A stretch of 64,000 nt of DNA, from positions 5,394,001-5,458,000 of the forward strand of contig CM102290.1 in assembly GCA_046563655.1 (NCBI GenBank), given 5' to 3'. The notes below the pieces were generated by a model. The model was not told the origin of the DNA, did no database searches, and was given only the letters and a program-made list of their open reading frames with translations. Shown here one piece after another: positions 49,415 to 61,200 of this stretch. Origin of the DNA: Yuukianura sp. NJ FZ-2021 (taxonomy: Eukaryota). Each line of letters begins with the position of its first letter. Position 1 is the first letter of the stretch. The position numbers were made by a program, and so were the translations under genes.

Positions 49415-51260
49415 CTAAAGATCCAAGTAAGCGACATCGAGCTGCGGGTGAAGTTGTCCGTCTTCGGCATACTCCATGCCTTCTTCCTCGTCACTTCTGA
49501 CCTCCTCCATGTCGAAGTCTTCGTATCCGTCTCCGATGTAGCCTTCTGCCTCTTCTTCCTTGAATTCAACTGGAAATTGTTCAGTTCCGTTCATGTTCCA
49601 TTCCGAACACTCTTCGTCCACCTCGTTCCGTACTTCGCATTCCTGATTTAGGGGAGGAGTTTGATGAGATTGACCGCCAGTGGCCGATTCGTGTGCCTTC
49701 TTGATGTGCTTCTGCATAAGGAACTTCCGAGTGAACGTGGCGCTACACTCACTGCACTTGAATGGTCGTTCACCTTAAAATGAAAAAAAATCACAGAAAT
49801 TATAGGAAAAAAATGAAATTTATGAACTATTTATGCTTTTTCTTTTTATGTTTTTATGCCGAAGGATTTTATAAACTGACCAGTGTGAATGAGTGTATGG
49901 CGCTTGAGGTCCGTACTCCAGCAAAACTTCTTGTCACAGAAATTGCATTTGTATTTACGTCTAAGAGAGTCTTCTGGAACTGGAGCCTTCCCAACTTGGA
50001 GTGAAACCTTGAAATAAACAACATACGGATTAGGTTGTCATGTCATGGTCAACATTGTTTAATAAGTGATAGACTTACCTCTAGGAACTTCATTGGGTCA
50101 AACTGGAAGCAATCAAGCTGCTCGTCACCTTCGCCCTCAAAACTCTGCTCCGGTGGGACAGGTTTGGCAGCAATTCGTTTTTTCTTCTTCGAGTTTCGTT
50201 TTGATTGGACCTTGACAATCCTAATACCGTCAGACTTCGGTTCAGGAGGAGGAAGAGATGAACAGCTGATTTCGGATTCCGATAAAATACTGCCCAGTGG
50301 CTTCCGATTCCGGTGAGATTTGTTAACTTGCTTCGGAACCTCAACAATACTGGGTGTAGGCTTCTTCAATACCGTAGTGAACGATTTCACTTGTCCAGAA
50401 GTCATTTTGTCATACGTCGCAGTACTTCCGTTTATAGTCGGTAGTTTCGGTGTCTGTGGCAAAGAGATATCTGTGGATCCGGATACCGACAAGTGGGCCA
50501 GTTCCAGTAGTCGCTTGGCAAAAGGAAAAGTGTCCCATTCCTCAACGTTGGCCAGGGGAACGTATGGTCTTGAAGGCAGATCACCATTACCGTTACATGT
50601 CTCAGCAGTGCCATTGTCAATGACAAACTCATTTTTCACTCTGTCACCACCACTAATGTGTCCAGCATCTTCTTTTACCTGTGAAATCGTTACGGAACCA
50701 GTCTTGACGAGTCTCTTGAGTGCCACATCCTTCTCCATCATCAATCGAACATACTCTGGTAATTCGTCGTCACTCTCCGATTGTTTTGGAAAGTAGTCTC
50801 CACAGGGAGAACTGAAGACAGTGAGTAGATTTGGGTCGGATGTGAACCCGTTCAGTCTTTTGTTATACAACGCAGATGAATGAGGTAGTACTGGAGACTG
50901 TGCTTGGCTAAAACCAGTAGTACCACCACGGTCATCCTCTTCACACTTTATCACAAAACGTTCATTCGACGACACAAATTCATCAATCGACCCTCCTGAT
51001 TCTGTAACTTCTTCTGTACATTCCGGTTTTATGAAACTGTGTTCCGGTGACAATTCGAAATCTTCGGTGCAAGATATCGACTGATTCTGTCCCAGTATAC
51101 TGCTGTCCATGTCTTGTGCCAACTGAGCTTCCTCTGCGTCAGCTGAAATGGCCAAATCAATCAGTTTGTTAGAAAAGGCAGTGGAGTACTTGTTTGGATG
51201 TCGACGACGGTTCGGGTTCTTCCCGTCTTCAGATTTGCTTTCTCTAGAATTTGTTGCCAT
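49415..51260 (-). CDS. C2H2 zinc-finger protein (two fingers), 3 coding exons
   Basis: YKCNFCDKKFCWSTDLKRHTLIHT|GERPFKCSECSATFTRKFLMQKHIKKAH, following a ~394-aa first exon. Confidence 0.88.
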
Positions 51261-53500
51261 TGTCAGTTCCTAAGCTCCGTTAACCTACAAAAGATATTCA
51301 AAAGTCGACCTTAATTTGTCTTTATGGCCCCTGGATTCCACGTAAGTAATTGATTAGTCAGCGTTTGTTGTTCCCAATTACTTTTAAGTTAAAAAGTTAG
51401 TAGTACTTACATAATAACTTAATCCACCCGTAAACTGTAAACACAATCTCCTACGTACTAGTCTAGGAACTGAAGTGTAATGTAAATCGTTTGATGTGCG
51501 TTAGGGTGTTAGAGATGAGATCACGAGTAGTTTGGAAACGATGTCCGGAACTGATTTGCCACAGGTTCCTGCAGATCAAGTTAAACAATCAAAATTTAAC
51601 GAAAGTAACGTAGAGCTTTAACATTCAAATTAACTTATTAGAGCCGTACTTTTTCTGTACACATGGAAAGAGACAAATTGAAGTGGTAAATATCCTGCGG
51701 TTTTCGGATATGTGAGTTGAGGTACGTACCTTGATATGGGTCGAGTGGGATGACAATAGCCTTGTGACACGACATGGTTTTAGAAATGGGTTGATGACGA
51801 TGGGACGGGAGGTATTAGGGCAGGTAGACAGGAGCAGAAGGGCAAAGGAAAGGTGACGAGAGGAGCCGCTTGTGCTAAGTGGAAGGAATGAATTGGTGTG
51901 AATTCGATTACTGCTGTAGTACTATGTTCGTTGTGTGCTGGGTCGAAGGTGAGGAGGCAGAGTTAGTACGAGAGGCAGAAGAGGATGAACTAGAGAGTGA
52001 ACCAAAGTAATCAAGGAGTCAATTACTACAATTACTAAATGAATCGACGTAAGAGTGGGATGATAACGTACACTTAAGACTCTCGTAGTAGTAGTGCCCA
52101 GCTCTGATCCAAATTCCAGAAGAGACATCATACCCGAATCTACGGTTGATGCTTGTTGTTATGATAGTCTCTTCCTCATTGCTTCACAGGAAACAAGGCC
52201 GTTCTCACTTGAACTATTCCATTGAAAAACAAAGAATGGTCAATTAATCGATTAATCACCTACATAGTTATAGAAGTTAAGTTGTCTTACGGAAGTGGGG
52301 AAGCTTCGTGTCACCCTGTCCATGTTACTGCCCGATCGATGGTAAGTTACCGTTGAAATTAAAAGTTGTAAAAATGGTTTTCCCTCCCGGTCTGGACTAT
52401 ATTCGGAGAAAAAGATTCAATGGCTGGCATATCTCTTTGTTCACTTAACGTCCACAACGTAGTAATATGCACCTACAGATTAAATAAATATGAATATATA
52501 TTATATATTACATTTAAATATGTAAATAAATCGAAACAGAACGCCCTTACGCTTGTGTCATCAATCGGGAAATCGGTATGTGTCAACCGTTGGCGCCCGC
52601 TCCATGAATGACTCAGGAATATCTTTGTTTACAGGTGGGTGCTGTGCTGATGGTGATGCATGGTGGTCAAAGGGCATTTCTAAGATGAAACTAATTAATT
52701 GAACGATTAATTAGCCTTTGGATTCTGAATACTCATCTACAAGCATACAGATACGTTTATTTCATACTCAACCTCCGGTAATAACATTGGACAAACTTAC
52801 GATAGTTTTTGGTAAGGTCAGTTGACTGGATTTGCTGTGGTTCGGTTCGTAGTTACATCAGGTCTTAGGTCAATCGATCGTCATTTTCAATTACTCCCGT
52901 AACGTTTAACACTCTTCCTTATGTAGTTACTCCCTCCGCTCCATTCGCTTTTGCAGCGATTTCCTTTGTTGTTTCTGCTCACATGACTGGACGTGGACGT
53001 GGACGTGAGTTGTGTAGTCCAAGTCTTTTCCACAGCCCGCCAAGAAGCTGGCGCCCAATTTGTGGCGCCTTTTCTTCAAAGAGCGTCATTCATTCATTAT
53101 CCCGCGTTCATTGTCTCCTCCCGCCCTTAGCTTTGCCATGTCCAGCATCCCACTGCCTTGTCCATTGTTCATGGTCCACAGTCAGTCTCTGGTTGACCTT
53201 CGTCCACTCTTGTAGCTAACCTTCTTAACATATTCTCCTCAACTTTAATCTAAGACTATCGCAGGTAATTCATAGTGTAATTCGGAAATTAATTAATCGA
53301 TGAATTCTGACGTATCTAAATTGTTTTTTTTCCAGGCACTTCTGAAAATCATTGACCTGACCTTGCCCTTGCCAATTCCTGTTTCGATTTGTTGACGATC
53401 CTGTTGAAAGGTGAGCATGAACAACACGAAAGGACAGAATGGGTTGCGTTTTAATTGATTTAAAGTATTGATTTTTCCGTATTTTGTTTCTGTTACAGAC

Positions 53501-56500
53501 ATGGAGCAATTGGAAGGTGATGAACGAAAGAATGTCGAAGTTCAAGAAAGGAAGAACGTCGAAGTAATAGACTTATGCGGTGACTCGTACTCCGAGTACA
53601 TCGACGACTGTGAAGAACCCTTGACCTCGTCCGAGGATCCTGATGATGACACGGACAGTCTCTTTGACTACAGAAATCCCTATGAAGACATGGTAATGAA
53701 GGAAACTTCTGCATAATACGTATTGTCTAATCATCAGAGGAATCATCAGAATGACGTGTCTGATTTTCTGTCCTGATTATTTTCCATAGCCCACACTTGA
53801 GAACATGATGACCACTGCCCAACTGGATCTACGTGCATCAATTGGTCGTGATAACACTGCTGAGAGCATTTTCGTCACACTGGCTCGCTACTCCTTTCCT
53901 GGCTCACCCGAAATTTTGCTTCCTGGTATTTCGGCCGAGGCGATTTTTAGTACAGTAAGATCAATTAAATTGGGTTTATGGTTTCATGTTCTTACCTTTA
54001 AAGTTTTTAACGTCATGTATTAATGCTGACAAAGAGTGACGTGAAGTTTCATACTGCTACGTCAATCTGCCTCTTACTTCCTAGTTAATTGGCACCAGAC
54101 TTCCACAGATTCTGATTTTTGATTCCAATATTCCCACAATTTAGCACTGACTTGATGATAGTCGTCACCTTTCTGCGTTAAAATGAGACAACAATCATTT
54201 TAAGTTACTAACTACTCTGTTTGGTTTTTTAGTGCAAGCATTTGGTGCCCCGATGGATGGACTGTGCTGAAATTGCTCTGACGACTGCCGAACAGGAGTT
54301 TCTGGATTCCCTTTGTCTCAAAGGTAAGTTCAAAGTTCCGGAAGAAATGTGTAATTTGGATACACATTTTGAAATTAAACTTACTTCTTTTCATTTCACA
54401 GAAGTCGACGCAATTGACATGTCGGAGTGGGAACAACTACGTTGTATTTACACAGCTCGTGATGCTTGGTTTGCTCGTCAGAGGGACACAGAGGACTACA
54501 ATTCCAATGTCACCGTGAGAGTACTGCCCTCAAAGACCAAACTTTTTCCACACCTCCCGCCCTGCTCGTCACCTACCCAAGCAAAGGCAATGATGTTCAA
54601 CTACGTCTCGGTTGTCAATCTTGGTGTCCCGGTTGATTCAACTTCTCAGCCGTTACCGTTCAAATCAATGTCAAACAGAGAAGAGAATTTATACGACGAC
54701 GGTATGAACAACTCCTCTGCGTTGCGCCGATCGGTTCGACTTCAAAACAGATCTGACTGTATCGTAGAGGCTCTTCAGTACCAATTTAACTGTGGTGATG
54801 ACCTAACGAAAGTAGACGAGTGGCCATTTGACCTTGAGCAGCAAGTTGATTCCGGGTTTGACGAAGCTCAAGTTGATACTGACGTTAGTATTTTCCAATG
54901 TGCTGAAATTCGACACCTTGCTGGATTGGGAGACCACTTTCTGTATCCATCGGAACAGTTGACTTCAGATAGCGGATTGACGAGAATGGAGGAAGAAGCG
55001 TTTGAAGACCTTGAGCGACAACTGGAAACTTACTATGTTGTGCCCAGGCGGAAGCGATACAGAACCAAGGCCGCTAGGAATGCAGAGGCGCTGGAGAAAG
55101 GCTCAATCCTGACCAAGAAATCGTTTTCAGTTCCGAGTTCAACGGTTGCTAAGAGACGGTGGTCATGTGTCAGTGGGGACTCGTCACGTAAACTGCGAAG
55201 TTCCAGCCGTACTTCAACTGCTAGTGAACTGGAGATAATCTCAGAAGAGAAGGCCATCCTCACATCGCTTCGCATACCGTCCGAATATGCTGCCATTCCC
55301 TCTGCCAAGTTTTTAGCTGAACATGGTGGGCAGTACTTGCAAGAAAAAGACTTCGTCATTGACTACGACCAGACTGTGCCGTTTCCAGTAGATAAGCCAA
55401 TGACTATCTCTGATGAAGGACCATCTCTTCTCCAAAATCAACATGAGAAGTGTGTAAAAGAGCCTTGTTTACTTGGATGTGTCTGTCACTCACTTGGGGC
55501 AACGGTCAGAGTGACCAGAGATCACTGCGGTAAAGTCAAATGTATGTTCGAGTGTATCTGTGTTGCTAAAACACCGAAACCATCGCTTGGAATCCGCGAT
55601 ATTCGACTCAGTTTGCGTTCTGGAGTGAGGAAATGGAAACGACCAGCCAATGAAAACGTTGCTCCTAAGAAACGGAAGAGATCTTCGTCAGTGGTGAGTA
55701 ATTGAGTAACTAATTGAGTAGTTTTAAGTAATTGAGTGGCTTATACATTGATTACTACTGTTTTTGTTTTAAGAATACTGATGAAGTGAGGAAGAGGAAG
55801 CGATTTGGCCCTGAAAAGGCTCAGTACATCAACACTCATTCGGATGGAGAAGACAATTACATGGGAGATATCGACCGAACAGAAACCTCAAGTGACGAAG
55901 GATCTCTCAAGTGTGTGTCTCCGTCACTTCATAAACCTCACCCAGAAGTTATTACGCTGGACAGTGACAGTGACGAGGAAGATGATCTGGGCGAATTCGA
56001 AATCATTGAGGTTGATGGATCTTGTCTCACTGAAGGCGACTACTCGCAGTGCAACAGTTTGTCTCCCACGGAAGTCCATCAACGGAAGGTCGAAGGTGAC
56101 GAGGTTAAGGATGATGACGTTGACGTCGTACAGCTTCGCTGGTATGCAAAACATGTTTTTTTACTTTTGTACATTTTGAACTTTATCGACTTTTTTCGAT
56201 AATTTTTTATCCTTTATCTCCAGGAGCCGTATGATTAGCGAGATGGACGAAGAGAACCCGGATTCTGAGGAGGATGAACCCACCGATAGACCGCTTTATA
56301 GCCCTTTGCCACTTGAATGTAAAAGAAATAACTTTGAGAATTTCGATTGAGATTTTGGAAATTTGAAATTCCCGCCTCTTGTTTTTTGTAGTTATAAATG
56401 CAGAAAACGAAGAAACAACGTTTTGTGTGGTAAACGTTGAGGAAAGTCATAACGTTTTGATTCGTTGGCGTGAAGACTGTGATTTGCCGAGAGCCGATGC

Positions 56501-57311
56501 ATCGAAGAAGGAAATCGGTTCTGTCAGCATCAACAGTGTTCTGACTCTGCCGTTCCCCCCAATTGATGATACTTTTTACCTGTTCAAACTTCCGGCTGTG
56601 ACGGACGGTGACATTCGACTCCACATGCTGGACATGCGTTTTTGTCTGCCACTGGATGAACTGGAGAGAGCGAGAGTGAAAGGGGCTGGACAGCCCACTC
56701 GCCAGATTCAACTGCTCACGCCAGATCAAGAGAGACTTTATGCTGCTGCCGGCCATCCTTGTAACCCCACACACTTTTTCTTCAAAATTTTGGCGCCACG
56801 AGACAATTTTTTAAATGTTTATGGATTTTGATGTTAGGTGATGTTTATGTGTTTCCTGATCTTCCTCAACTGCTGGTCATTGGGCCGTATCAAACTGGCC
56901 CTGATGAAGATTCAGATCTACAAGGGGAGTATACAATTACGGCTTCTGCTAAACCTTGGTCAAGTGATCCACCCGAACCTGCTCCTCAGGTACAAAACAT
57001 GATTAAAACACTAGTAATGTAATGATGTAACTATGTAATTATGTAAATAATGTAATCCTGTTCGTTACTTTAGCTCTAAAGTATTTTTTTTTAATTTTCA
57101 GGAACCGACTCAATGGAACAACGGAGATGGAGATCGTATCCCAACCGACTATCTGGAGAAGTGCATTGACGACTTCATGATTGAGGTGAGATACGTCATG
57201 AGTAAAGTTTTAGCGGGAAAATTTGAAATTCGAAATGTGAGAAATGCGTTTTCATTTTAGTTTCCCGCCGTGGGAGAATGGAAGCCCGGTTTCTTTCAAA
57301 CGAAAGTCTAG
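53501..57311 (+). CDS. MGA conserved-domain (Cys-rich) protein, ocm-like; multi-exon
   Basis: CVKEPCLLGCVCHSL...HCGKVKCMFECIC (~55450-55562) matches the MGA CxxxxCxLGCVCxSL...HCxxxxCMFxCxC signature. Last exon ends TKV-TAG at 57311. Confidence 0.75.
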
Positions 57312-58271
57312 AAAGTGTCCAGTACTAATTTTTAAACTAGAATTGACATTGTCGCTGCTGGAATTTTTGGACGTCTGCTGGAATCAACACTTCTCGATGT
57401 TGCATCAATTGCTAAGTATTAATTAATTTCATGTACTCTATTTTGTATATATTGACATTCCCGAGTTCACTCTTGTATCCTAATTAATTTATCTCTCGAT
57501 ATCGATATCGAAATAGTTCTATATCTCTTGTACCATGTTTCACTTATCTCTCGATATCGAAATAGTTGTATCTTTTGTATCTCCTCCGGGATTGATCGAG
57601 TATTTTTGCTAGATAGTTTTTGACTTCCGATAATGAAATAGGCAGATTAGTTTAATTAATTGTGACTAATTAGTTTGAGTAAGTCATCCTTACTGTCGAG
57701 TAGGAAGATAGAATTAATTGTTGTTAAACTAATCAATTGTTCATGTCACAAATGTTGAAATGTTCGTGTAAGAATACAAGAATTGCTGCAAATTTGGTCC
57801 AGAGTAGAAACTAATTTATTTAATTGAGTTAATTTTAACAAAAGTTAATTAATTTAAATGTGGGACTAGAGTCTTGTTAATTTCCTCTTTGGATAACTTA
57901 TCCTTAGCACAGCCTCTGCTGCTCATTTGGAAAAACCGGTCAATCGACATCTAAAGCTTAAACTTTTCTACCTTAGCTAACTTTACATTAAAATTCTTTC
58001 AAAATTTTTAATTTTTTTGAAAAAAAGAGAATTTTAAAAAGTTGAAAAATTGTTTTTTCGAAGGCACGTAATGAGTCCCTGAATTGCTACTTTTTGTACA
58101 AAGTGATCCAAAGTCCAAATCCCTTTGAGATCAGTTTCTGGACAAGACGAGATGCTTGACGTATAAGATGGACATGACTGTACTAAAGTTTACGTTAATC
58201 AAGAACTTAATTCAAAGTAACTCTTCAATTAATTAACCTAACTTAATTAATTAAGAAGTTGTTTTCCTATG

Positions 58272-61200
58272 CTAACATCGGATGTCCTGTAAATCTGAGG
58301 GTGTGAATTGGTTTGTGGAGTTGTTGAAGTGCCCCCCTGCACAAGAGTGACCTTGACCCCCGAATTTCCCCTGAGTGGGGGAGGGTAGCGGAGTGGTACT
58401 CTTGACGGATGGTTTTTCGAGCAGCGTGTGTTCGATTCCCGCCAGCTCCGTGGAAATTACTTCCTCGATGCAATGGACCATGGCCACTAGGTCAGTCACT
58501 GGCACTTCAGCCATCGATGCCAACGTTACTGCACAGGCCGTGTCTTGGCGGAGGCCCTTAAGGGCTGTGTAGATGGCCCCTGCAGCAATTACGGAAGGAC
58601 GCATCGTCGCAAATCTCGGTTCTGCAATATACAAAAAAATGTAATGTATATTAGGGAATTTGCGGTTTCCTTAAATTATGGAAAGTATAGAAATTATAGA
58701 ATTTATAAAGCCCCGCCTCTACGCGTTTTGTAACGGCTTCCGCGATTGGTAGAATTTTAAATCTGTGACGTCACTGTCGAAACTTTTCTCTTTTATGGAA
58801 ATTATAAGTCGTGTTTATAAAATAGATAAAGCTGAAAAGTTTGAAAACTGACGTCACGCCTGCCATAAATTCTATAATTTCTACCAATTCCAGATAAATT
58901 CTATAATTTCTATAAATTCTGTATAAATTCTATAATTTCTATAAATTGTATAATTTTTACAAGCGGGATCGTAAGGTAAAAAACCCGATTATGTTTCAAG
59001 TCCCCACCTGGCCCCTGATAGAGTTAACTTGTACAATAAACAAAAGAGAAAGTACCCACGAGCCCTTTGAATTCTTAAAAAAAAAACAAGTTGTGTGCAC
59101 ATGTCTAATTTTTCTAAAATAGAGTGCCGATGACCAACGGTTGTACAAAATCCTTAAGGGTTGTTGCACTGACCAATGACATTTTCAGCAGCAGTCTGCT
59201 GGCTTCCTGCAAGTCTAAAAAGGAGCCCTTAAGGGCTCCAATTCAGCCGAGGAAGCAGCTCATTACTACACCTGTCAATAGACGACAATGTCTATTTTTA
59301 GGAACATAATAAAATTCCATTTTGCACACATTTTTTGAATGTTCCCTCCGGAAACATGATTCTCGCAGTGCCCCAATCAAAGTTTTGCTTCAGTTCGTGC
59401 CAAATGTAAAAAAAAATTTGTACAGTGGAAGGGGTACTTGAGTACCCCTGGTAGCAAACTTGCTCCATTTAATCCCAGAGTCCAGGTGGAACAGAGGCCC
59501 TTCTGCGTCGTCTCAGTTCAAAGGGGGACCCTTACAATAGGATTTGAGTCCGCACTAAACGTATTGTTAGGCTATGAATAGCGGAATCCCTTGAACTATG
59601 ATTCATGTTAGGTTAAGTCCCCCCTATGACAGAGGAAGTGTCCACAATGGTCCTGGAAGTGCGAGGACTTGGACACCTGAACGAAGGGTCCCCTTAGACA
59701 GCACAGGGACCCCTTCGACAGCATCTCTCGCGTGCCACGATCTCTGATTCAGCTTCACAGGATATCCGATATCCAACTCCGCTCCGGACAATCATTTCAA
59801 CTCTTGAGCAATCAAAAAATAATCCAAGCCTTCCAGCTCTAACCTAACTAAAGGGCCCCCCTACTTAGCATGGAGTAGATAAGGGGCCCTTGGCATGACT
59901 CACAAGGACCCTTGGCTTGATCTAAGGAATTCCAGTTTCTGGAAGTCGGTCAAACCCGGAAGGAATTTGGGATTTATTGATCTTCTCCGATGAAAATCCT
60001 GCCCTCCAACGAATAACTGTTCTGAGGTCAAAACCCATGTCTTCACACATTTGAACAAGGAGCCCTTAAGGGCCCACTTTTCAAAAAAACATTTTCAAGA
60101 TCACTTCAATGTTTCTGACAAATATGAAGCCGCTTCAAATCATGTGAACCATTTCCACCACAATTTCTCGAAAAGTGGAAAAAATTGGAAAGATTTTGGA
60201 TGAGAAGAGGAAAACTGTGATTTTATGGGAACTTGACATGGGTCGTGTGCCTAGGGGGCCCCTTGATCTGTTCTAAGGGTCTCTTCACTTCAACTCAAAA
60301 CGTCTTGGAAACTTTTGTTTGAACAAACTTGTTCTGTTTGAACAAAACTTTTGTTGAGAAAGTCCACATTTACTATTCTCCACAAAACACCGAATCAACA
60401 AACACAGCAACGCAATGCAAAATTCACAAATTTCACCCCCTCCCCCTGTGTTATCCAATTCAAATTTTACCGCAATTTTCAATTCAAATTTTCAAAATTT
60501 ACCGCAATTGTCAACTTTTCAAATTTTACCACAATTTTTGTCTCAGGTTTTGAAACAAACAGCAAGGATTATTGTCGATTCGCTCAAATTTTGAAAATTT
60601 CTTTCAAGTTTCAATTTTTTCTACCTTGTCGCTCCTTTTCTTAGAAAAACGAAGAATTTGTTTTTTTTTTTTTCAAAAAAACGAACAATTTTTTTTAAAT
60701 GGGCGTGGGATTTGAAGTGAAAATTCATAATTTACCGAAGATCCCTTAAAGTGACAAAGGGACCCTTAGCAGCTGAAGTCTCTGTGTCCCTGTTCAGCCT
60801 AATTTTTGAATTTTGATTTTGATTTTGGAAAAGTGTGGTCCAGTTCTTTGGTCGTTTGTTCCCAGGGCCCCTTTGTGTTTAAGGGCCTCTGATTTTTTTG
60901 AGCCCTTAGTTCACACCCCTCGTTTGAGTAACAAAAGAAAGGAAATTCGTGCATGGAAAAAGTTCCAGTTCAATTTCCAAAGAAGAAAACGTGAGAACTG
61001 AAGGAATGAGAGTGTCCTGGTGAATCAAAGGGCTCATGGAGGTACTTAAGGGCTCCCTTAAGGTCAAAACTGTTAAAATTACCTGTGCAACACATGGAGA
61101 TGAACGTAATGGCATGTCGTCTGATGAGTTCCGTGTCCTTGTGAGTGGCCACTTCTGAGGGGCAAGGGGTCCTTGCCAGGAGAAAGTCCACGAAGTCCGT

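Noticed and set aside
57489..57570. DRE-like TATCGATA within a short duplication
   Set aside because: It lies between convergent 3' ends rather than at a promoter, and is probably a by-product of the local repeat.
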